Shown: positions 54,620 through 64,000 of the stretch, in pieces
How the letters are laid out: each line of letters begins with the position of its first letter
Numbering within the stretch: the stretch's first letter is position 1
Assembly (NCBI RefSeq): GCF_009914755.1
Contig: NC_060927.1
Length of the DNA stretch: 64,000 bases
Origin: the human T2T-CHM13v2.0 reference genome, Homo sapiens
Strand: one strand, 5' to 3'
Translations under genes and position numbers: made by a program
The notes under the pieces: model-generated
The model's database searches: none
What the model was told of the DNA's origin: nothing
What the model saw: only the letters and a program-made list of their open reading frames with translations

Positions 54620-57600
54620 GAATCATTCTGTCTAGTTTTCCTACGAAGATATTGCCTTTTCTACCATAGGCCTCAAACGGCGCTAAATATCCACCTGGAA
54701 ATTCTACAAAAACTGAGTTTCAAAAGTGCTCTATTGAAAGGAAGCTTCAACTCTGTGAGTTGAAGGTACACATCACAAAGAAGTTTCTGAGAATTCTTCT
54801 GTCTAGTTGTCAATGAAGAAATCACGTTTCACACGAAGGCCACAAAGAGGTCCAAATATCCTCTTGCAGATTCTACAAAAAGAGTGTTTCAAAACGGCTC
54901 CATCAAGAGGAACGTTCAACTCTGTGCATTGAATGCAAATATCACAAATAAGTTTCTGACAATACTTCCGTCTAGTTTTATGTGAAGATATTTCCTTTCC
55001 TAATGTAGGCCTCAAAACGCTCTAAAGAGACACTTGCAAATTCCACAAAAAGAGGGTTTCAAAACCGCTCTATCAAAGGAAGTTTAAACTCTGTCAGCTG
55101 AATGCAAGCATCACAAAACAGCTTCGGAGAATGAATCTGCCTAGTTTTTCTGTGAAGATATTTCTTTTTCTGCCATAGACCTCAAACCGCTGTGAAAATG
55201 CACTTGGAAATTCTAGAAAAAGAGTATGTCAAAACTCTTCTATCGAAAGGAAGTTTCAACTCCATGAGTTAAATGCACATATCACAAATAATTTTCTGAG
55301 GATTCTTCTTTGAAGTTTTATATGAAGAAATCCCGTTTCCAAAGATGGCCTCAGATAAGTTCCAATGTACACTTGCAGATTCTACAAAAAGAATTTTTCA
55401 AAACTGCTCTATCCAAAGAAAGTTTAAACTCTGTGAGTTGAAGGCACACATCACAAAGTAGTTTCTGAGAATCATTCTGTCTGGTTTTTCTATGAAGATA
55501 TTGCCTTTTCCACCATAGGCCTCAAACGGCGCTAAATATCCACTTGGGAATTCTACAAAAAGAGAGTTACAAAACTGCTCTATCGAAAGGAAGATGCAAC
55601 TCTGCGAGTTGAAAGCACACATCGCGAAGAAGTTGATGAGAATTCTTCTGTCTAGTTTTGTAGGAAGAAGTCACGTCTCAAACGAAGGCCACAAAGAGGT
55701 CCAAATCTCCACTTGGAGATTCAACAAAAAGAGTTTTTCAAAACTGCTCCGTCAAGAGGAATATTCAACTCTGAGAGTTGAAGGCAGGTATCACAAAGTA
55801 GTTTCCGACAACGCTTCTGTCTAGATTTTATGTGAAGACATTCCCTTTTGTACCACAGGCCTGAAAGCACTCTAAGTATAGAATTGCAAATTCCACAAAA
55901 AGAGTGTTTAAAACCGCTCTATCCAAAGAAAGGTTCAACTCTGTCAGCTGAAGGCGGACATCACAAAATAACTTCAGAGAACAATTATGTCAATTTTCTC
56001 TGTGAAGATATTTTCTCTTCTACATAGGCCTGAAACCGCTCTAAATATTCACTTGGAAATTCTAGAAAAAGAATATTTCAACACTCTTCTATCAAAAGGA
56101 AGGTTGAACTCTGAGAGTTCAATGCACACATCACAAAGAAGTCTCTGGGAATTCTTCTGTCAAGGTTTCTATGAAGAAATCCCGTTTCCAATGAAGGCCT
56201 CAAAAAAGTCCAAATATTTACTTGCAGATTCTACAAAAAGAGTGTTTCGTAACTGGTCTATCAAAAGAAAGGTTAAACTCAGTGAGGTGAACCAACACGT
56301 CACAAAGTAGTTTCTGAGAATCGTTCTGTCTAGTTTTCCTACGAAGATATTGCCTTTTCTACCATAGGCCTCAAACGGCGCTAAATATCCACCTGGAAAT
56401 TCTACAAAAACTGAGTTTCTAAAGTGCTCTATTGAAAGGAACCTTCAACTCTGTGAGTTGAAGGTACACATCACAAAGAAGTTTCTGAGAATTCTTCTGT
56501 CTAGTTGTCAATGAAGAAATCACGTTTCACACGAAGGCCACAAAGAGGTCCAAATATCCACTTGCAGATTCTACAAAAAGAGTGTTTCAAAACGGCTCCA
56601 TCAAGAGGAACGTTCAACTCTGTGCGTTGAATGCAAATATCACAAATAAGTTTCTGACAATACTTCCGTCTAGTTTTTATGTGAAGATATTTCCTTTCCT
56701 AATGTAGGCCTCAAAACGCTCTAAAGAGACACTTGCAAATTCCACAAAAAGAGGTTTTCAAAACTGCTCTATCAAAGGAAGTTTAAACTCTGTAAGCTGA
56801 ATGCAAGCATCACAAAACAGCTTCGGAGAATGAATCTGCCTAGTTTCTCTGTGAAGATATTTCTTTTTCTGCCATAGACCTCAAACCGCTGTGAAAATCC
56901 ACTTGGAAATTCTAGAAAAAGAGTATGTCAAAACTCTTCTATCGAAAGGAAGTTTCAACTCCATGAGTTAAATGCACATATCACAAATAATTTTCTGAGG
57001 ATTCTTCTTTGAAGTTTTATATGAAGAAATCCCGTTTCCAAAGATGGCCTCAGATAAGCCCCAATGTACACTTGCAGATTCTACAAAAAGAGTTTTTCAA
57101 AACTGCTCTATCCAAAGAAAGGTTAAACTCTGTGAGTTGAAGGCACACATCACAAAGTAGTTTCTGAGAATCATTCTGTCTAGTTTTTCTATGAAGATAT
57201 TGCCTTTTCCACCATAGGCCTCAAACGGCGCTAAATAACCACTTGGGAATTCTACAAAAAGAGAGTTACAAAACTGCTCTATCGAAAGGAAGCTGCAACT
57301 CTGCGAGTTGAAAGCACACATCGCGAAGAAGTTGATGAGAATTCTTCTGTCTAGTTTTGTAGGAAGAAGTCACGTCTCAAACGAAGGCCACAAAGAGGTC
57401 CAAATATCCACTTGGAGATTCAACAAAAAGCGTTTTTCAAAACTGCTCCGTCAAGAGGAATATTCAACTCTGAGAGTTGAAGGCAGGTGTCACAAAGTAG
57501 TTTCCGACAACGCTTCTGTCTAGATTTTATGTGAAGACATTCCCTTTTGTACCACAGGCCTGAAAGCACTCTAAATATAGAATTGCAAATTCCACATAAA

Positions 57601-58064
57601 GAGTGTTTAAAACCGCTCTATCCAAAGAAAGGTTCAACTCTGTCAGCTGAAGGCGCACATCACAAAGTAGCTTCAGAGAACACTTATGTCAAGTTTCTCT
57701 GTGAAGATATTTTCTCTTCTACATAGGCCTGAAACCGCTCTAAATATTCACTTGGAAATTCTAGAAAAAGAATATTTCAACACTCTTCTATCAAAAGGAA
57801 GGTTGAACTCTGAGAGTTCAATGCACACATCACAAAGAAGTCTCTGGGAATTCTTCTGTCAAGGTTTCTATGAAGAAATCCCGTTTCCAATGAAGGCCTC
57901 AAAAAAGTCCAAATATTTACTTGCAGATTCTACAAAAAGAGTGTTTCATAACTGGTCTATCAAAAGAAAGGTTAAACTCTGTGAGTTGAAGGCACACATC
58001 ACAAAGCAGTTTCTGAGAATCATTCTGTCCAGTTTTCCTACGAAGATATTGCCTTTTCTACCAC

Positions 58065-58100
58065 AGGCCTCAAGTGGATATTTAGCGCCGTTTGAGGCCT
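58065..58100. other. Inversion breakpoint and centre of the inverted repeat (18-nt spacer, 58074-58091)
   Basis: aggcctcaa (58065-58073) + gtggatatttagcgccgt + ttgaggcct (58092-58100). Complementarity continues outward on both sides. Confidence 0.95.
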
Positions 58101-61100
58101 ATCGTAGAAAAGGCAATATCTTCGTAGGAAAACTAGACAGAATGATTCTCAGAAACTACTTTGTGATGTGTGGGTTCACCTCACTGAGTTTAACCTTTCT
58201 TTTGATAGACCAGTTATGAAACACTCTTTTTGTAGAATCTGCAAGTAAATATTTGGACTTTTTTGAGGCCTTCATTGGAAACGGGATTTCTTCATAGAAA
58301 CCTTGACAGAAGAATTCCCAGAAACTTCTTTGTGATGTGTGCATTGAACTCTCAGAGTTCAACCTTCCTTTTGATAGAAGAGTGTTGAAATATTCTTTTT
58401 GTAGAATTTCCAAGTGAATATTAAGATCGGTTTCAGGCCTATGTAGAAGAGAAAATATCTTCACAGAGAAACTAGACATAATTGTTCTCTGAAGCTACTT
58501 TGTGATGTGCGCCTTCAGCTGACAGAGTTTAACCTTTCTTTGGATAGAGCGGTTTCAAACACTCTTTCTGTGGAATTTGCAATTCTATATTTAGAGTGCT
58601 TTCAGGCCTGTGGTACAAAAGGGAATGTCTTCACATAAAATCTAGACAGAAGCGTTGTCGGAAACTACTTTGTGATACCTGCCTTCAATTCTCAGAGTTG
58701 AATATTCCTCTTGATGGAGCAGTTTTGAAAAACGCTTTTTGTGGAATCGCCAAGTGGATATTTGGACCTCTTTGTGGCCTTCGTTTGAGACGTGACTACT
58801 TCATACAAAACTAGACAGAAGAATTCTCATCACCTTCTTCGCGATGTGTGCTTTCAACTCGCAGAGTTGCAGCTTCCTTTCGATAGAGCAGTTTTGTAAC
58901 TCTCTTTTTGTAGAATTTCCAAGTGGATATTTAGCGCCCTTTGAGGCCTATGGTGGAAAAGGCAATATCTTCATAGAAAAACTAGACAGAATGATTCTCA
59001 GAAACTACTTTGTGATGTGTGCCTTCAACTCACAGAGTTGAACCTTTCTTTTGATAGAGCAGTTTTGAAAAACTCTTTCTGTAGAATGTGCAAGTGTATA
59101 TTGGGACTTATCTGAGGCCATCTTTGGAAACGGGATTTCTTCATATAAAACTTCAAAGAAGAATCCTCAGAAAATTATTTGTGATATGTGCATTTAACTC
59201 GTGGAGTTGAAACTTCCTTTCGATAGAAGAGTTTTGAAATACTCTTTTTGTAGAATTTCCAAGTGGATTTTCACAGCGGTTTGAGGTCTATGGCAGAAAA
59301 AGAAATATCTTCACAGAAAAACTAGGCAGATTCATTCTCCGAAGCTGTTTTGTGATGCTTGCATTCAGCTGACAGAGTTTAAACTTCCTTTGATAGAGCA
59401 GTTTTGAAACCCTCTTTTTGTGGAATTTGCAAGTGTCTCTTTAGAGCGTTTTGAGGCCTACAGTAGGAAAGGAAATATCCTCACATAAAAACTAGACAGA
59501 AGTATTGTCTGAAACTTATTTGTGATATTTGCATTCAACGCACAGAGTTGAACATTCCTCTTGATGGAGCCGTTTTGAAACACTCTTTTTGTAGAATCTG
59601 CAAGTGGATATTTGGACCTCTTTTTGGCCTTCGTGTGAAACGTGATTTCTTCATTGACAACTAGACAGAAGAATTCTCAGAAACTTCTTTGTGATGTGTA
59701 CCTTCAACTCACAGAGTTGAAGCTTCCTTTCAATAGAGCACTTTTGAAACTCAGTTTTTGTAGAATTTCCAGGTGGATATTTAGCGCCGTTTGAGGCCTA
59801 TGGTAGAAAAGGCAATATCTTCGTAGGAAAACTAGACAGAATGATTCTCAGAAACTACTTTGTGATGTGTGGGTTCAACTCACTGAGTTTAACCTTTCTT
59901 TTGATAGACCAGTTATGAAACACTCTTTTTGTAGAATCTGCAAGTAAATATTTGGACTTTTTTGAGGCCTTCATTGGAAACGGGATTTCTTCATATAAAC
60001 CTTGACAGAAGAATTCCCAGAAACTTCTTTGTGATGTGTGCATTGAACTCTCAGAGTTCAACCTTCCTTTTGATAGAAGAGTGTTGAAATATTCTTTTTG
60101 TAGAATTTCCAAGTGAATATTTACAGCGGTTTCAGGCCTATGTAGAAGAGAAAATATCTTCACAGAGAAACTAGACATAATTGTTCTCTGAAGCTACTTT
60201 GTGATGTGCGCCTTTAGCTGACAGAGTTGAACCTTTCTTTGGATAGAGCGGTTTCAAACACTCTTTCTGTGGAATTTGCAATTCTATATTTAGAGTGCTT
60301 TCAGGCCTGTGGTACAAAAGGGAATGTCTTCACATAAAATCTAGACAGAAGCGTTGTCGGAAACTACTTTGTGATACCTGCCTTCAACTCTCAGAGTTGA
60401 GTAATCCTCTTGACGGAGCAGTTTTGAGAAACGCTTTTTGTGGAATCTCCAAGTGGATATTTGGACCTCTTTGTGGCCTTCGTTTGAGACGTGACTTCTT
60501 CATACAAAACTAGACAGAAGAATTCTCATCAACTTCTTTGCGATGTGTGCTTTCAACTCGCAGAGTTGCAGCTTCCTTTCGATAGAGCAGTTTTGTAACT
60601 CTCTTTTTGTAGAATTTCCAAGTGGATATTTAGCGCCGTTTGAGGCCTATGGTGGAAAAGGCAATATCTTCATAGAAAAACTAGACAGAATGATTCTCAG
60701 AAACTACTTTGTGATGTGTGCCTTCAACTCACAGAATTTAAACTTTCTTTTGATAGAGCAGTTTTGAAAAACTCTTTTTGTAGAATCTGCAAGTGTATAT
60801 TGGGACTTATCTGAGGCCATCTTTGGAAACGGGATTTCTTCATATAAAACTTCAAAGAAGAATCCTCAGAAAATTATTTGTGATATGTGCATTTAACTCG
60901 TGGAGTTGAAACTTCCTTTCGATAGAAGAGTTTTGAAATACTCTTTTTGTAGAATTTCCAAGTGGATTTTCACAGCGGTTTGAGGTCTATGGCAGAAAAA
61001 GAAATATCTTCACAGAAAAACTAGACAGATTCATTCTCCGAAGCTGTTTTGTGATGCTTGCATTCAGCTGACAGAGTTTAAACTTCCTTTGATAGAGCAG

Positions 61101-64000
61101 TTTTGAAACCCTCTTTTTGTGGAATTTGCAAGTGTCTCTTTAGAGCGTTTTGAGGCCTACAGTAGGAAAGCAAATATCTCCACATAAAAACTAGACAGAA
61201 GTATTGTCAGAAAGTTATTTGTGATATTTGCATTCAACGCACAGAGTTGAACATTCCTCTTGATGGAGCCGTTTTGAAACACTCTTTTTGTAGAATCTGC
61301 AAGTGGATATTTGGACCTCTTTGTGGCCTTCGTGTGAAACGTGATTTCTTCATTTACAACTAGACAGAACAATTCTCAGAAACTTCTTTGTGATGTGTAC
61401 CTTCAACTCACAGAGTTGAAGCTTCCTTTCAATAGAGCACTTTTGAAACTCAGTTTTTGTAGAATTTCCAGGTGGATATTTAGCGCCGTTTGAGGCCTAT
61501 GGTAGAAAAGGCAATATCTTCGTAGGAAAACTAGACAGAATGATTCTCAGAAACTACTTTGAGATGTGTGGGTTCAACTCACTGAGTTTAACCTTTCTTT
61601 TGATAGACCAGTTATGAGACACTCTTTTTGTAGAATCTGCAAGTAAATATTTGGACTTTTTTGAGGCCTTCATTGGAAACGGGATTTCTTCATAGAAACC
61701 TTGACAGAAGAATTCCCAGAAACTTCTTTGTGATGTGTGCATTGAACTCTCAGAGTTCAACCTTCCTTTTGATAGAAGAGTGTTGAAATATTCTTTTTGT
61801 AGAATTTCCAAGTGAATATTTAGAGCGGTTTCAGGCCTATGTAGAAGAGAAAATATCTTCACAGAGAAACTAGACATAATTGTTCTCTGAAGCTACTTTG
61901 TGATGTGCGCCTTCAGCTGACAGAGTTGAACCTTTCTTTGGATAGAGCGGTTTTAAACACTCTTTCTGTGGAATTTGCAATTCTATATTTAGAGTGCTTT
62001 CAGGCCTGTGGTACAAAAGGGAATGTCTTCACATAAAATCTAGACAGAAGCGTTGTCGGAAACTACTTTGTGATACCTGCCTTCAACTCTCAGAGTTGAA
62101 TATTCCTCTTGACGGAGCAGTTTTGAAAAACGCTTTTTGTGGAATCTCCAAGTGGATATTTGGACCTCTTTGTGGCCTTCGTTTGAGACGTGACTTCTTC
62201 ATACAAAACTAGACAGAAGTATTCTCATCACCTTCTTCGCGATGTGTGCTTTCAACTCGCAGAGTTGCAGCTTCCTTTCGATAGAGCAGTTTTGTAACTC
62301 TCTTTTTGTAGAATTTCCAAGTGGATATTTAGCGCCGTTTGAGGCCTATGGTGGAAAAGGCAATATCTTCATAGAAAAACTAGACAGAATGATTCTCAGA
62401 AACTACTTTGTGATGTGTGCCTTCAACTCACAGAGTTTAACCTTTCTTTTGATTGAGCAGTTTTGAAAAACTCTTTCTGTAGAATCTGCAAGTGTATATT
62501 GGGACTTATCTGAGGCCATCTTTGGAAACGGGATTTCTTCATATAAAACTTCAAAGAAGAATCCTCAGTAAATTATTTGTGATATGTGCATTTAACTCGT
62601 GGAGTTGAAACTTCCTTTCGATAGAAGAGTTTTGAAATACTCTTTTTGTAGAATTTCCAAGTGGATTTTCAGAGCGGTTTGAGGTCTATGGCAGAAAAAG
62701 AAATATCTTCACAGAAAAACTGGGCAGATTCATTCTCTGAAGCTGTTTTGTGATGCTTGCATTCAGCTTACAGAGTTTAAACTTCCTTTGATAGAGCAGT
62801 TTTGAAACCCTCTTTTTGTGGAATTCGCAAGTGTCTCTTTAGAGCGTTTTGGGGCCTACAGTAGGAAAGGAAATATCCTCACATAAAAACTAGACAGAAG
62901 TATTGTCAGAAACTCATTTGTGATATTTGCATTCAACGCACAGAGTTGAACATTCCTCTTGATGGAGCCGTTTTGAAACACTCTTTTTGTAGAATCTGCA
63001 AGTGGATATTTGGACCTCTTTGTGGCCTTCGTGTGAAACGTGATTTCTTCATTGACAACTAGAGAGAAGAATTCTCAGAAACTTCTTTGTGATGTGTACC
63101 TTCAACTCACAGAGTTGAAGCTTCCTTTCAATAGAGCACTTTTGAAACTCAGTTTTTGTAGAATTTCCAGGTGGATATTTAGCGCCGTTTGAGGCCTATG
63201 GTAGAAAAGGCAATATCTTCGTAGGAAAACTAGACAGAATGATTCTCAGAAACTACTTTGTGATGTGTGGGTTCAACTCACTGAGTTTAACCTTTCTTTT
63301 GATAGACCAGTTATGAAACACTCTTTTTGTAGAATCTGCAAGTAAATATTTGGACTTTTTTGAGGCCTTCATTGGAAACGGGATTTCTTCATAGAAACCT
63401 TGACAGAAGAATTCCCAGAAACTTCTTTGTGATGTGTGCATTTAACTCTCAGAGTTCAACCTTCCTTTTGATAGAAGAGTGTTGAAATATTCTTTTTGTA
63501 GAATTTCCAAGTGAATATTTAGAGCGGTTTCAGGCCTATGTAGAAGAGAAAATATCTTCACAGAGAAACTAGACATAATTGTTCTCTGAAGCTACTTTGT
63601 GATGTGCGCCTTCAGCTGACAGAGTTTAACCTTTCTTTGGATAGAGCGGTTTCAAACACTCTTTCTGTGGAATTTGCAATTCTATATTTAGAGTGCTTTC
63701 AGGCCTGTGGTACAAAAGGGAATGTCTTCACATAAAATCTAGACAGAAGCGTTGTCGGAAACTACTTTGTGATACCTGCCTTCAACTCTCAGAGTTGAAC
63801 ATTCCTCTTGACGGAGCAGTTTTGAAAAACGCTTTTTGTGGAATCTCCAAGTGGATATTTGGACCTCTTTGTGGCCTTCGTTTGAGCCGTGACTTCTTCA
63901 TACAAAACTAGACAGAAGAGTTCTCATCACCTTCTTCGCGATGTGTGCTTTCAACTCGCAGAGTTGCAGCTTCCTTTCGATAGAGCAGTTTTGTAACTCT
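58074..64000 (+). repeat. Same 10-mer alpha-satellite HOR in inverted orientation (about 3.5 units, open at the window end)
   Basis: The sequence is the reverse complement of the left array (cttcattggaaacggga, ctttgtgatgtgtg). The repeat-derived ORFs swap strand, and the 1699-bp period is kept (58479, 60178, 61877; 58596, 60295, 61994, 63693). Confidence 0.97.

Larger units (their letters stand above)
1..58073 (-). repeat. Alpha-satellite 10-mer HOR array (1699-bp unit, about 34 unit-lengths), reverse of the conventional orientation
   Basis: Typical alphoid motifs recur every ~170 bp (actctgtgagttgaa, cacatcacaaagtagtttctgagaat, tatccacttgcagattctacaaaaagagt). Equivalent ORFs recur at exact 1699-bp steps (351, 2050, 3749 ... 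37729). CENP-B-box-like motifs read on the - strand. Confidence 0.98.

Noticed and set aside
57686-58219. Longest ORF (177 aa), a possible novel fusion gene
   Set aside because: It is a + frame satellite ORF reading through the inversion junction into the antisense satellite ORF. It marks the breakpoint but gives no evidence of coding function.
351-63911. Repeated 61-107 aa ORFs (MCAFNSQS..., MHTSQRSF..., MSSFSVKI..., MLSGLWYK...)
   Set aside because: They are chance open frames in satellite DNA. They recur at the HOR period, overlap on both strands, gain and lose stops with single SNPs and resemble no protein family I recognise.
1-64000. CRISPR-like pattern of conserved blocks separated by variable sequence
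   Set aside because: The intervening sequences are homologous monomer parts that repeat every 1699 bp, not unique spacers, and there are no cas genes.
1-64000. Transposon insertion (Alu/L1) or a unique-sequence island
   Set aside because: I saw no poly-A tail, target-site duplication or non-alphoid stretch. All period changes are explained by -850, +1, -1, -169/-1 bp events and the inversion.
58074-64000. Inverted arm as a sequencing fold-back chimera
   Set aside because: A chimera would mirror the left arm almost exactly. The right arm has its own SNPs and lacks the left arm's 169-bp and 1-bp deletions.

Overview
The whole 64 kb window is primate (most likely great ape or human) centromeric/pericentromeric alpha-satellite DNA. 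It contains no genes, RNA genes, transposons or CRISPR arrays, and every ORF in the track is a by-product of the repeat. The array is a 1699-bp higher-order repeat (HOR) of ten 169-171-bp monomers, built from two homologous pentamers (850 + 849 bp) with an A-B-A-B-A pattern of pJalpha-type and CENP-B-box-type monomers. All four CENP-B-box sites per HOR are defective in every copy I read. The most striking structure is a strand switch at ~58073 that joins the same monomer to its own reverse complement, giving an in-register inverted repeat with an 18-nt spacer that runs to the window end. Diagnostic SNPs also record a layered history: a very homogeneous block (~7-33 kb) with nested 7-, 5- and 2-HOR duplications, an abrupt haplotype switch at ~33.5 kb, a ~9.3-kb duplication whose junction makes a 5-mer variant (~40.35 kb), a 9-mer deletion variant (~54.6 kb), and more consensus-like sequence toward and beyond the inversion. 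I found no evidence of a new gene-encoded system; the interest lies in centromere structure and evolution. SNP comparisons were made by eye and need confirming by alignment. Monomers M1-M10 are numbered along the + strand from position 61.
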